A stretch of 62,531 bases of DNA, the filler included, from Choristocarpus tenellus KU-1152 (lineage: Eukaryota > Protista > Phaeophyceae): the NCBI GenBank assembly GCA_964200185.2. It is 9 parts of 9 records of this genome, joined end to end, with 100 filler letters (N's around TTAATTAATTAA, not from the genome) between each part and the next. Parts side by side here need not be neighbours in the genome. Positions count along the whole stretch, not along the records: positions 12,848 to 22,507 come from CAXNAD020003498.1; positions 22,608 to 25,883 come from CAXNAD020021100.1; positions 25,984 to 33,216 come from CAXNAD020006497.1; 6 more parts are not named here. One strand, written 5' to 3'. Positions 12,894 to 26,172 of this stretch are shown here, piece by piece; within the stretch, counting starts at the first letter, position 1, and every line of letters begins with the position of its first letter. Made by a program: the position numbers and the translations under genes. The notes beneath the pieces are model-generated. The model saw only the letters and a program-made list of their open reading frames with translations, did not search any database and was not told the DNA's origin.

Positions 12894-13046
12894 CTACACC
12901 AGGGTGTCCATTCGGGCCCTGACCAGGAGAACTACACTTACACTATCCATCCAACACATGGAACCAAATCACCCAAAAATCGCGACTTGGAAAATTGGAC
13001 CCCCCGAATGGACAGCTGCCACCCCCCCCCCAAGATACTTTGAGCC
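12894..13046 (-). mobile_element. MITE family A copy (one end lost), abutting mariner relic
   Basis: Reverse-orientation internal sequence ending CCCCCAAGATACTTTGAGCC. Confidence 0.85.
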
Positions 13047-13400
13047 CATGGAGGCAATCAAGGAGGCTGCAGGGGACGACATTGTTATAGAGACCCAGCC
13101 AGGCAACTCACCTGACCTCGATGTCAACGACCTGGGATTTTTTCATTCCATGCAGCAACTGAAGGAAGACCTGGGGGTGACCAACACAGAGAAGCTTGTG
13201 GATGGCACAATGGTGCCCTTCGATGTGTACCCCCAGGAACCACTAGAGCGCATCTGGCAGAGCCTCTTTGCAGTCTATGGGCGAAGTGCTGGGGTCCAAG
13301 GGTGACAACAAGTTCAAAATTCCCCATCTTACCAAGGAAAAGGCTAAGAAGGCGGGCAAGCTCCCCCCAAATGCCCCAGTGGATGCGGTGAAATACTCTG
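13047..13400 (+). mobile_element. Tc1/mariner transposase C-terminal relic (plant/oomycete MLE type)
   Basis: QPGNSPDLDVNDLGFFHSMQ matches the QPPNSPDxNxxDLGFF motif; continues after a frameshift as KGDNKFKIPH...KKAGKLP. Confidence 0.85.
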
Positions 13401-14033
13401 CTGGAAGTGAGTTTTGGAGGGCTTCAGGGATAGAATCATAGGCGTAGACTGCCCCATTTTGGTTGAGATTTGGCTTGCAGCCTTTTTAGTGTCTGCACAA
13501 TACACTCATAAAATATGTGAACACACAAAAAAATTACTTCTTCATCGGGGCCGCAAAAGTTATATTACGTATAATTCCGAACAGAGGAAATGTATTGAAG
13601 TAAATCACTGTAAGGTTAAGGGCCAAATTCAACAGTAGTGTTCAACAGAAGATCAACGTACACATACCAAAGAATCCTTAAACAGCAAGGTGAACACACA
13701 GGATGCATGGGGAAGTTGAGTAATGACTAGTAACTGATGTGTGTCAATAATATGATCGAGTCAAAGAACACAATATGGCTCAAGGAAAAAATATCACTTA
13801 CGTTCAAGAAGGGGTCTTGAGGGTCAAGGGACACCAGATACAACAGCGGTTGCATGTTGCCCTGATTGTGACAAGTGATGGTTTGCTAACCTAACCTTTC
13901 TCAAACAGAGACATCACTTCCGTATTAAAAAAAAGTTGCCTTGTATTATTGTCAACTTGTATCCTCGGTTGTACAGTCTTTTAAGTGTTTCCTGACCTAG
14001 ACAACAAGTCCAGAGATAACATATCACATATAA

Positions 14034-14975
14034 TATGCCTTTTCCCCCTACAAGCTCTGAGAAAACAGATTCATCAGGGCATCTCAAAATCCTCTCATTC
14101 CTCAATCTCTTTCCCTGCGGTTCTATGTTTTCCTTCAGGGATTCACTGGGGGGAGGAGGGGGTAGTAGAGATTTATGGCGGGGTGATTGCATGTTGCGAT
14201 CACCAGTAAAAGTCAACCAATTGACTACATTTCGCGGTTGTAGTAGGATACACACTTGAGCGAAGGGTTGAACCCATTTTTGATATATGGCAACAGGAGA
14301 ATAGGACAGATCCTGTGCTACAGAGTGCTGGTAAAAGTCCTTGTGAGCAAGGTGTTTCATGACAAGGTATGGGTCAAAGCATCTGGGGGGGGGGTGGCGG
14401 CTGTCCATTTGGGGCAATTTTTTTCATGTCGCGATTTTTTGGGTGATTTGGTTCCATACGTTGGATGGATAATGAAGTGCACTTTTCCTGGTTTTGGTTC
14501 AAATGGAAACTCTGGTGTAGACCCCCCCCCCCAGATACTTTGGGTCTATATAGCTCAGGGAATGTGGTTAGGGTAGGGTGGGTTAATATACTCATCTCGG
14601 CGGTTCTTGGTTCAATCTTGCAAGGGTCACAGCTGCGAGCTGAGCTCCACACTCTCCCACTTCCAAACTGCATTAGACTTTGGCAGGAACTTAGACTTGA
14701 ATGGAGATGTTGTCATTGATATCGGATCTCCTCCTTGTAGTCATCATCTTTGACCAACACTAGATAGAAGGTCTGGTCCGGGTTACATAGAAGGCCGTCC
14801 CTCAGCTATTGCAACACCACCTTGTGTTCAAGTGAACTGCTAACAGTGCCTTAGGGTGCGTTTGCCCTTTGTCGAGGCTCAGGATTCGTAAGGGTTGGGA
14901 TATTGGATGGTCCTTCCTCTCAACCTTGCGCTTCCCTGATGATGCCTTGTTTTTCGAAGTCTCCTCGTCTTTCTG
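14034..14975. repeat. Copy 1 of a diverged ~0.77-kb direct duplication (contains MITE A)
   Basis: Collinear similarity to 15435-16424, e.g. ATCCTCTCATTCCTCA, GGGAATGTGGTYAGGGTAGGGTGGGT, CCTCTCAACCTTGCGCTTC. Confidence 0.85.
14371..14546 (+). mobile_element. MITE family A copy with TAT target-site duplication
   Basis: GGGTCAAAGCATCTGGGG ... CCCCAGATACTTTGGGTC flanked by TAT/TAT; empty paralogous site near 16000. Confidence 0.92.
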
Positions 14976-15099
14976 AAAAGGGTTAACCTTTTGGGGTTAG
15001 TTGCACTTCCCTCTTGTCTGCCATCTTGACTTGACGATACAACTCTGGTGACCCCCCAACAGAGATCAGCACAAGTACCACTGTCATATGACCCAGCTC

Positions 15100-15420
15100 C
15101 TAAAACGTTTCCTACAGGAGGACGTGGCTATCCTCCACTATTTCCATAAGATTGTGTTGGCTGTGCGGAACCAGGAAGTCCTGCCACTGGTCTGGAATAA
15201 TGCAACCATCACCGTGCTCTACAGGAAGAAAGGATTGCAATGATTGTGGCAACTCCATTCGGTGGCATACGCTAGCAAGATCCTCTTCAAAGTTGATGCA
15301 CAGCGATTGGAGGATTACCTGGAACGGGAGACCATCCTTCATGAGGAAGAGTATGGTTGCTGGCCCCAACGGTCCACAGTGGACGTAATATAAACCGTAT
15401 ATGCCTTCCAAGACCTTGAC
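15100..15420 (+). mobile_element. RTE-clade LINE reverse-transcriptase fragment
   Basis: Translates to ILHYFHKIVLAVRNQEVLPLVWNNATITVLYRKKDCNDCGN; nucleotide similarity to the minus-strand copy near 50300. Confidence 0.75.
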
Positions 15421-15434
15421 TTGGAAAAGGATGT

Positions 15435-16424
15435 ATGCCTTGTCCTTACCAATTCTGAGGACAAATAATCAGCAGGGCATCCCTAAAGAGTATCTTAGAG
15501 GGTAGATCCGTGTCCGTTTGGGGGCCAAAATCCAATGTTACGATTTTCATGTAATTTGGCTATCGAGTGTGTTAGGAAGTGTCAATATCCTTGTTCCGGG
15601 CACACCTTTCCATAACGTATACATTTTACCTACTCCAAAACTTGGAGTAGGAAAATGCCATAAAAAACCTGTGGGAAGCCAAGCCCAAAGCGGACAACAA
15701 GGCAAAACTCGTACATTCTAAGATACTTCCACTCTAAATCCTCTCATTCCTCACACTCTCTCCTTTTGAGGTTCTATGCTATCCTGCAGGGGTTCATGGG
15801 GGAAAGAGTACAGATTTCTGGTAGGGTGACATGTGCTCCGATCAAAGCCGAGCAATTAACTTCTCTTCGCAATTTACATGCGTAAGCGAAATGTTTAACC
15901 CATTCTTGAAATTTGACAGCAGGGGAATAGGACAATTGTGCGCTCCACAACTCATTGGTGTAAGACCTTGTGAGAAAAATGCTTCATGATCAAGTGATCA
16001 AGTATACAGCCCTGGGAATGTGGTCAGGGTAGGGTGGGTCAACATACTTATCTAATCCGATGCCAGTTCTTGCAAGGTTAGCTGTAAGGCTGACCTCCAC
16101 ATTCTTCCACTCCCAAACTGCATCAGACTTTGGCGAGAGCACATACTTGAATGGAGACGCTTTTGAGGATAATGAACCAACCTCCTGTCCTCATACTAGT
16201 CATCTTTGGCAAACACTTGGTGGTAGGGTTGGTTCGGGTAAAGTCGAAGGGCATCACACAGTCATTATGACTCCACCCTCGTGTTCAAGCAAACCGCCAA
16301 GAGTGCCTCTGGCCTTTTGTTGGGGCTCAGGATCCCTAAGAGTTGGTTTATTGGACGATCCCCCCTCTCAACCTTGCGCTTCACCGAAGGTGCCTTCTTT
16401 CTTCAGGTCTTCTCGTCTTTCTGG
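15435..16424. repeat. Copy 2 of the direct duplication (contains MITE B)
   Basis: Collinear with 14034-14975; followed on the - strand by a decayed zinc-knuckle-like CHSCHISH motif near 16520. Confidence 0.85.
15488..15734 (+). mobile_element. MITE family B copy (left TIR partly deleted)
   Basis: GAGTATCTTAGAGGGTAG ... TCTAAGATACTTCCACTC flanked by TAAA/TAAA. Confidence 0.9.
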
Positions 16425-17316
16425 ATCAACAACATTTCGTGAGTAGCACTATTATGAGGCCTAGTTCGGTGTTTTGGGGGGTGTCGAGAACCAGAGATGA
16501 GGTTCACGAAGGAAGTGAGAGATGTGACAACTGTGGCATGCTGGGATTGCACTGAGAAGCCTGAGAATAGTGTGTTGATCAGTCTTCACTTTTACTGGTT
16601 GCAAGCAGTCAGAACAGAAAACACCCCCCTGGGATTTGCTGGTTTGAATCCTATTCATATATGGGTTACAATGAGTTGTGTTTGTGCATCTGACCCGCCA
16701 CTCCACCTGACCTCAACTGACCTCAATGGCAAAACGTTGTGAATTCAAATGCATATGACTGCGTGCATTATCCACATCAGTGCGTCGGAGATCCCAAAAA
16801 GTGGACCTGTCCCTGATGGTACTGATGATGAGGTTGTAATATTAAAAATAATCGAGCATATGGATAGTACCTTTATTGCTGGTATTTTGCGCACTTTTTG
16901 TCTGGAACTTGTCCACTACGACCTCCACCCTACCTACTTACTCCCTTGACTCATGTTCAGGTCTCAGATGGCAGTGCACACTCCACTATTTCTTCTCTGT
17001 ACAACTGACTACATGATGACGTACTACATGTTGCACTACAACTTACTGCACTACTATCATTCCAATACATACTTATTACTTCCCACTTCTGTCCTCTTGG
17101 TTCAACGTGTTACCACCTCCGGAGGTGCAGATGCACTTGATATCATGTGTGTCCACCACCCCACACGCGGCAAACCTACTGTTGGTGAGGTCCATTAGGT
17201 TCGTTGCCTGCGTTACAGGCGGAACTGTGCATCCTTAGGTAGTCAGTTGGAAGAACTCGTCCTATTGGTGATAGTAAGCCTTGCTTATCAAGGGTGGGGG
17301 CTCCTCCTATTGACAC

Positions 17317-20300
17317 ATGATGTCGCCGATAGGAAGCGTTGCCGTTCTTGTGCTCGCAGTCGTGGGTAGGACAAGTGCCTTCAATGCACCTCCATCAGGG
17401 ACAGGAGTCAGGCCCAAGGTATGCTGTTGATTCAACCCAGTGGATACCAGGAAGCTGTGTATCCTTCCATGACCCTAATTTTTCTGTTTGGTGCCAAAAG
17501 TCGTGGTCAAACAGTTAGGGCGAGGTGGTAGGGTGTTTCTTGGAGAGGGAACTCCTTCAGACTCATTCCTATGATATGCTGGATGCCGGCTTTTGGTTCG
17601 TGACAATCGTTGTAATATCGATTGACGTAGAACCTTGAGGCAAACCCTGCTCAGTGGAAACCTCCAAGTTTGGTCCTAGTTTGTTTGTGACTATTGTTTA
17701 CCAGTATTGGTACAAATCACGAGACTTGTCAGGCTGTATGGTTCCATCTTTTCTGTTTCGGCGTCTCAGTCCCCCCAGGTTATATCATGGTATACTATTT
17801 TCTCTCGCGTTGTCCTTCTCTGATGAAGCATCCCATTTCAACTGAAAACCAATCCCTGCCACCTTGGGGCAGGCCCTGAGGACTGTCCGAGTGACCCAAC
17901 TTGATATGACTGGACCTAGGAGCCGAGGCCATGGCATCAGTATCCAGGGTGCAGACGGGGCTGCAAGGGTTATTGCATCCACATCTTCCATCAGCCGGTT
18001 CAACGAGTACGCAGACGAGGGTGAGCCCCTTGGGTTGTCGCCAAAGTGGGAATTGAAGCTCGTCTCGCCTGTCAATCGTACATGTACTGAAAACCCAACG
18101 TTACTCAAAGGGCAGATGGTAAGCTGTCCCCTTGCATCACTGAAAGGGGACATCACAGGATGGTTTACTGTGCGCCATGCTCTTGCACATTAGGTCACAC
18201 TGCAATAGTCAAGTCCACCTTCTTTGAAAATGAACAAGTGTGACACGTTGACTCCTCCAGGTTGCACCCTCACTTCTTCCCAACATTGGTAATAACACCT
18301 TGGTTTATATTGTGGCATCCCCCTCCCCTTCACCCATTGAAACTACGTTGGGTGATGTACCAGGAGGCTACACAGCCTTTCGGTATGTCTCAGTTGAGGG
18401 GAAACCATGACTGTGTGCATATGTATGTGGAGTGTGTGTTATGGTTTTGGCACAGTTTTGTAGCTCAATTACCCTGGTGCAGCATGCCTCAAAGTAACTG
18501 CAGGATTGGACCGGTGTTGATAGAAAGGTTGACAGGATATGGCATTGACCTCTTGCTGTATCTAATCCTCTCGCATCTTCATGTATCTACATGCCTTCCC
18601 ACCAACGAAACACTTTTTCCACTTCATACTTGTAACAGCCGACTCAGCCAGATTTTCTGGTGGTCTGTCTGTCAAAACCCTAACCCTTAACCTTACCATT
18701 TCCAACACTTTTTTAGACTCAAATGAGCCATGTATGCTGTTTGGTGCAATGCGGCAAGGTATAGTATTGAGGAGAGAGTATGTTTGCATACTGCAGTGGA
18801 ACCAAATTTCTTGCTCTGTAAGTGCGAACTAATATGCATGTCAATAAGTGGACTGTGTTTTCATCGTAGCCTTGTTCCACCCCAGTACCCTCGGTGTGTG
18901 ACAAGACTGTTTGCGCAGGGTAGGGGGTAGGGGGGAAATTGTATCAAAGGTTTGGCAGAACCATTTTGAATCTCTTGGTGTGTCAGGGCAAGGACTTGGT
19001 CGCTTCAGTTTAGACAAGCTCGATAAGATTGCAATAGGGGTAGTTGCGGTTTTTTGTTTTTATGATCTCTTCACCTTGAAATATGTGAACACTGCCAATG
19101 CAGCACTTGAAGGAAAGGAAGAATCATTTACGTTCTGCAAGTATTGTCATACATGCCATTACATTGAAGATACCTGTTCAGATATTGCACCATGCTGACC
19201 TGGTCCCTTGATTGGCCCTTGACCCCATCACACTCCTCGCCCGGCACACAATGCATTCAGAGCTCCTTGGGGGGGGGGGGTCGGCCTTTGGGGAAGAGAC
19301 AGTTGAGAAGCCTATGGGCAGGGCAATTGATCCCGCAGAGCGTCAGAATGTCATGGAGCGCAGGGAGGCATTGAATCCAAGACACGCCTTCATGGTGACT
19401 GCAGCAGCAGGCATCACCATTGGCGGTGTGTACAAACTTTGTTGCCCTTTCTCATGAAGCGCCTTGTTTTCTTTTTATTATTATGTGTTGTTCCTTTGCA
19501 GTGGGAAAGGTGTGTAGTGCCGCGTGCCAGAAATGATCTTTTGTGTGATATGCTTTGCATTAGGGTGAATTTGCGAGCAAGTGGTGAATGCTTGTGTATC
19601 CCCTGTAGAAGAACAGCCCGTTTGCTTTGTGTGTGTGTGTGTGTGTGTGCGCGCATAGCAACCGCACAATGATTGAGGGTAAGTTGTTTGTAACTCTCAA
19701 GAGCCTGTTGCGTGGCGTAGTGGACACCGCAGAGTTGTTCAGCTACCCTAACCGTTCCAACGTACCTCCCTGGAAAATTGTCTTGCATTCCTGTTATACT
19801 ATCGTTGTTATTTTGTTCATATGGATGGATTTAGATGTACTAGTTCAGACAGAGTACATAGAATTGCTGTTTTCTACACCGAGAAGGCTTTTTTCCCACT
19901 CTCATGCTGCAAGCGGCAATGGCGTGGGCTCAGCGTTTGTAGTCTTGGTCCCGAGTAAGGTGGTTGAGATGTTCTTACCTTACTGTGGCTATCAGTAGCA
20001 GTGTGGTGCATGCGTGTTTGGTGGGCTTGTCGAGCAAAAGATAGTGACTGACAAAGTCTGCTTCGAACTGAATTCGTTCTGGTTAACGGGTTTTTGGACT
20101 GTGGGAAGGCGTCTGCAGGGCGTGCACTACGGTTGTGAGAGTATAATTTGTACATGTTGGAGCTTGTGAAAGATTCGGTTGTGGTGTGTTGTCCCTTTGC
20201 CCTTTCCCCCCCCCCCCCTCTCAAACTTGTCCAAAGACATTTGAATAGGATGGAGTGTACTTGAGGCTGTGTCATTACCACTGCTGTTGTCACCCTTGCA

Positions 20301-22464
20301 GCACGCTGCTGCAGTAGGCTTGTGTTGAATCTGATTACTTCTCAACACTGGCTCTCTTACTGCCAGTTTTTTTTTGTTTTAAATTGCATCTCCTGTCGTC
20401 TTCTCATTCCTCAATCTAGTCAATATCCTGGGGAAATTTCCTAACGTTTTCTTCAAAAATGTACTCGTGATACGCAGTGGCCAGGTGCTGGGGGTGAGGT
20501 GGACTTCACAGGCACCCTGTGCTTGGCCATGATCAAATAGCAGTTTCCAATGGAAAATTGGAACTGCGCGCCCGGCTACTGAAGATGATACAAGCCCTGA
20601 TCCTCCCCACCCCCAATGCTCCCGTTCTGGCCCCTCCCTTGAATGACTTTCTTTCAAATTTCAGCTGCATTCTGGGCGACATTCAATGCCTTTTTTGCCC
20701 GTCAAGATTCGTTGGTGGAGGCATATGGGGATGAGATGGGGTACCACATTGGCAACTTGGAAGAGTTGAAGCTGTGCCACAAGGAATACGCCTTCAAGCT
20801 TGGTCCCTGGATGTATCGCCCAGAGATGCTCCAGGTTGGTTGACCCTGGATGGGGGGGGGGGTCTTGTGGAAAAGTGTTTGTTTAAGAATGTGGGTACAG
20901 CAGTGGTTTCAATAGTATAGGTGTGGTTTGCAGTAGTCCACAAATATATATATAAAAAAATGAAGATAACAGTGGAGGTTGGTTGGGATTTTTTTTTTCT
21001 GGGACGTTATTTGTGGACTACCCAGGTATGGCTCTTGTGGCACAGGCATGGTGTATGCATTGTGTGTGGACTCTCTCCTCTCTTTCTAGATCAATGCAGG
21101 AGGTGTAAGGGGCACATTACGTTAGCGGCATGAAAGGTGTTTTTTTTTTTGTTCATTGTTGTTCAATGTCTCGTGCTTGTGTTCACACTTGCTGCGATTG
21201 CTGCGATGCTACGTGGCCTTCTTGAAGAAAGAGATGAGCAACAGGGCGGAACATTTGATGTGGTGTAGCGGGTGTGGTTCAAGGGCTTGCTTACACCTTG
21301 AAGCTCGCAGTGCACCAGCGCGAACGGATAGGTGACATGGAAGCTCAGGTTGGGAAGGGGGATGGAGTGGGACTGTACTATGGCTCCTTGACAGCATGCA
21401 CACCAGTTGCACTCCTGTGTTGGTGGTGTTTGGTTTGAGCATCACCTCTTGGGAGTGTTGAAAATGCAAATTCTCATGGGTAATACGTTGTTTATGTGAT
21501 AGCTTTGGCGTCCCGATTTTTTGTGGGTTTGGACAAGGCCAGGAGCGTGTCACTGCGCGTACAATCAATACATTTTGTCTCTTAGAGGGGAGGGGCCGTA
21601 GATTGTTGTGTAATATGATCACCTACATGCTGTGGGATAAGTCAGGTGTGTGGTATACCCTAATTTTTACCCTGACCCAAATGAAATCGGACACCTTTAC
21701 GCTTTTGCATCGAAACTCTGATACGAATAGATGGCTCGAGGACAGAGAGGGGCACCAACTGGTGGCGAGCGTGGATGTCTCTCAATCCGGCTCTTGTTCA
21801 TGTGTTTGTAGTGGTCCCTCCCAGTACGCACCCTCTTTCCTTTGTCCAACCTTCCTGCTCCGAGAAATGCTCTCCGGTGTCGCCATCCTTGATAGCACAG
21901 CGTCACCGAGGTTGTTGATCCCGCCTTCCCATGGTGATGCTTTTTTCTGTGTTTTGTGTAAAAGGCGTTTCTGCTGAATGTGGGTCAGAAAAGCGGCCTG
22001 TCGGTGGAGACGGTGAAGTCGGTCAACTACGTCTTCAACCTCTTTGGGATCTCAAAGCAGAAGGTAATTGTATGGGGGGGGGGGTGAGTATAGTATAGGC
22101 TTGAAGGGGAGTGTAGTCTTTTTTGGTGTAGCAGTATCATAGATCATAGTGAAACACTCCTCTTATTGCTCTTTGTTGCAATACCTACTCCCTTCTGCCG
22201 TTCTAATTAATGTTATTTTTTTTTCTACAGACATGCAGAGCTATCCTAGCTATACATGTTTATAGTCCTGACTCCCCTTCCAACCGCCACCGCCACCACC
22301 CCTGCCCCTCCCCTAACAACGTGTTTGAACTTTGTCAGCTAGCCAAGAAGATTGTTCAGGCTGCACGAGCAACCACTAAGACTCAGACTGGACTTCGAGC
22401 GAATCTTCTATTTTATGGGGAGCGGTTTTGTGAGGGAGACAAGAAGGCCCTTGAGTTGCTCAAG
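17317..22464 (+). CDS. Plastid-targeted single-pass membrane protein of unknown function (3'-partial)
   Basis: Exons 17317-17418, 17873-18020, 19261-19425, 20665-20834, 21965-22063, 22339-22464 splice in frame with GT-AG; signal peptide MMSPIGSVAVLVLAVVGRTSA-FNAP; TM AFMVTAAAGITIGAAFWATFNAFFA; helical region DSLVEAYGDEMGYHIGNLEELKLCHKEY...ANLLFYGERFCE; gap at 22508 removes the end. Confidence 0.82.
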
Positions 22465-23339
22465 GTGTGAGTTTCTTTGACCTCCCCCCCCCCACACACA
22501 CCTCTCANNNNNNNNNNNNNNNNNNNNNNNNNNNNNNNNNNNNNNNNNNNNTTAATTAATTAANNNNNNNNNNNNNNNNNNNNNNNNNNNNNNNNNNNNN
22601 NNNNNNNAATGAGGAAATAATCGAGTTATTTACACACACAAGTCTTGGGAACACCAGTTTCTTTAACACAGTTGTTGCGATAATTCTTTTTTGAGGTGTG
22701 GTACTGGTCTGGGATATCTCCGAATCATTGATTCCCAGCGGAATCTGTGAAATAAAAGAACAGTGTGACACACGAAAAACAGATCGGGAATGCAAGTATA
22801 CGAATGGCGAGGAAGAACTACCTAGGTGTCTATACCATGACGCTCAGAAACCACTCGTTTAAGGCTATAGGTGGATGATGTGGCAGTCAGAGAACACTTG
22901 TTGTACAACTATAGAAGGATGATGGTTCCTTTGGAACCACAGATGCCATCACACCCACAGAGACGACGAGGCCGTGAAGAAGAAGACCCTGTAGACGAAG
23001 AATGAAGACCACACCCCCAACCAGAAAAAATAGAGAATCCAGGCAGACGTAGGGGGCTACAAGGAATCCTAAGTGTTGAGGTGGATACTGAGTATTCCCT
23101 CCAGTTTGAAGAGAGGCGGTAGGACCTCCATGTTACACTTCACCCCTGCTCTGCCATACCCACCAAATACATGCCCAACTGCCCCGTGCAACTCCCACGT
23201 CCACCCCCACTCAAACTGCCACCACATTCATAACAATATTCGGTCCGCCAGACAGGTGGGGTCCGGATGCCCACGGCCACTACTCCTACTGTTTTCCCAC
23301 TACCACAACCAACAACACACACCCCTCTACAAGACCCAA

Positions 23340-23700
23340 CCAAGCCCAACATTATCCACTTCATAGTCAACTATGACTGCACTGTCCACATGGCCGACCC
23401 TTTCCTTATCCACGACACCCACCACTTCCTCTCCCACGTTTTCCCCCTTGCCCATCCCATCACTGTATCCGGTATCAGGAATCACCAACTCATTGCTCAC
23501 CGGCAGGCCATCTTCAATGGACTACTGCAGCAGCCCACCGCACCACTTGCCCATTCGTCCTTCATTGTACTGCTGGTCCCTGGTCTTGGTCGTCATTTGT
23601 ACTCTACATGTGCCGCAGCGACTACAGGTTGGACTACGGTAATGTCCCACACCCCCTGCCTGCTCAATGGCAAGACGCGTACGCCCCTCAGGACCTCGGG
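23340..23700 (+). mobile_element. Degenerate Ty1/copia protease-region relic
   Basis: FIVNYDCTVHM (cf. FIVDSGCTxHM) ... ITVSGIRNHQL ... LLVPGLGRHLYS (cf. LxVPGLxxNLxS). Confidence 0.7.
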
Positions 23701-25983
23701 CTCCCTGAACCACTCGGAGAGGTGCTCCACGTGCCCCACAATCCCATCCCCCACCATCTCATATACTTCCCTCCTTGCCCTCCATGCCCCCACAACCACC
23801 CCTGTCACCAACTTCAGCCTTACTCCTTTGGTACCACCACCTTGCCCACCTTGATGATCAGAACCTTCACCGCCTCAATCGGTATTTCCCCCAGATTTCC
23901 AGTTTGGGCTGGTTCGCTTGAGTCAGTAGTTTTGATTTTACCTTTTTCGTTCTTGTCTCTTTATTTTTGTCCTTGATTACTACTTTGCTTGGTGGATCCA
24001 TCCCTTAGACTGTTGGGATGAGTACCTCTGTCATGAGGCACGATCCAATCAGTCGTGGGTGGTGTTCAAAATCACCAGTTGTGCCACGGTTGGGTGCTTT
24101 CAGCAAATCCAAAGCTTTCTCAGCCATCAAATTTAGAAGTTTGAATAGAATCTCAGATCTGATGGGTGACGTCACATCTTTGTGACCGTCAATGGCAAGT
24201 GGTCTCAGAATTCTCAAGATATCTCTCTGTTTGGTGTTGATAGGAAGACCACTAATGACAAAGAAATGTGCGCAAAATGAACTTGTGCACGCGCATGGAT
24301 GTGGATTGGACTGAGATCAGCTCCCACAGAGATCTGTCTGTGGCATTTATATCAAATATTTTGTCTATTCGAGGGTAGATTCTACCACTATGACTCCACT
24401 TTTCCAATATTTTGAACGCATTTTTTGCCATCCTTTGCAGCCAGGCATACATCCAACTTAAACTGTTGCGCAGGAAGACGAGGAGGTGCACAATATCTGG
24501 GTCGTTTCCTGTTTGTGTATTGCAGCATTTCGAACTACAGTTGAGAAAAGACATCGGTTACAAGCCTGGTTGTGTAGGTAGCGAGTTTGCTTGTGTAGGT
24601 AGGAATAGCCGAAACATGCAGTGGCAGGTTTGGCCAAGGGTTGGAAGGTTGAAGTCACTTCTCCCCTCATAACTTGAGCAACTTATTGTCACTTCTACGA
24701 CCCTCATCAGTCATTCTAAGCCTCTCACCTTGGCAAGGTCTCACTTTACGAGTGTGTCCTGGTGTATGTGCTTGCTGACAGTGATTTCCACCACACCAGC
24801 AGCAGGTGCAATATGTCAACGTATTGCAAGAGGTCTAGCAAACACTTTCAGGTTCGTTCTGTTCATTCTTACCACGCCTTTTGACGCCATTGCTGCCTTT
24901 CACCTGGAACGGCATACATAACAGATGGACTGATACCGTGCCCATGATGTGAACCAGGCACTTACCTCAATGTCCTCTTAGTGTCCAGACAACATAAATG
25001 TATCTGATCATAGTACTTGTGTGTGTGTAAAAGGCCTACAGAGCCTGCTCAGGGTATAAATATATCTAAAATGATCACCATCTTCATTATTATTTTGACT
25101 AGTTGAATTCTTGTGCACAACACACTATTTGAGTCTAACCTCTCTTGGCCAGAGTACAACAGTGGAGCCGAAAGCTCTTACGACTCTGTGCTATCACTGC
25201 CATAACTATTGATTGGAAATCTAGAAAACACGTCATGGTTTCAAAATGTGAGAATGAACCATCTTATCCCAAAAAAGTATAATCCAAGTAAAATTCCAAT
25301 CATAGAGTGCTGTTCCAGCAACACCAAAAAAAATGCAATATAATAGTAACCCACAACAACTTGCAAAACGTAAAAAAAGAACGCTTTGCTTCTTGATGCA
25401 ACACCTGTGATACCTAAATAGCCAAAAATACACAACTTATCTACTAATTTGTAGTACAAGACAAGTAACAAAATGCGATACAAATGAGAGGAACATGCTA
25501 CACATCAAGGTCGTATGCATGTGCCATATAATCCTCAGCAATATAAGAAGAAATTTCTAAAGTTGTAAACGGAATGTCCACCTCTCAGCTTCAAGAACTT
25601 AGTTTTTCAGGCACAGCACAGTGCGAAGGGGTCACAGTTGTAGAATGTATCCTCCAAACTAGAGCGAACATATTTTGCCCAACACTCATAAAATTGATTC
25701 AACATCCACGAAACATTACTCCCAATTCAGTGGAATGCTTACAAAAAAACACATATTCTATATACAGAAATGCCGAAAATGCCCTAAGGGTGTTCACCTG
25801 GGCACGTTTGTGGGCAATTCTCTTCTACCCACTTGGTCATTTTCAACGCAGATATGATACCGTAACCAGCATCTACACCGAATNNNNNNNNNNNNNNNNN
25901 NNNNNNNNNNNNNNNNNNNNNNNNNNNTTAATTAATTAANNNNNNNNNNNNNNNNNNNNNNNNNNNNNNNNNNNNNNNNNNNN

Positions 25984-26172
25984 GGCTCAAAGGACGCGGG
26001 GGGAAGCGGGGGGGGGAGGGTCTACACCAGGGCGTCCATTAGGGTCCTGACTAGGAGAAGTGCACTTACATCATCCATCCTGACGTATGCAACCAAAATC
26101 ACCCAAAAATCGCGACGTGGCAAAATGAACCCCTAAAGGACAGCCGTCACCGCCCCCCACATACTTTGAGCC
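25984..26172 (-). mobile_element. MITE family A copy at contig edge
   Basis: GGCTCAAAG ... CCCCCACATACTTTGAGCC, reverse-orientation internal sequence. Confidence 0.85.
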
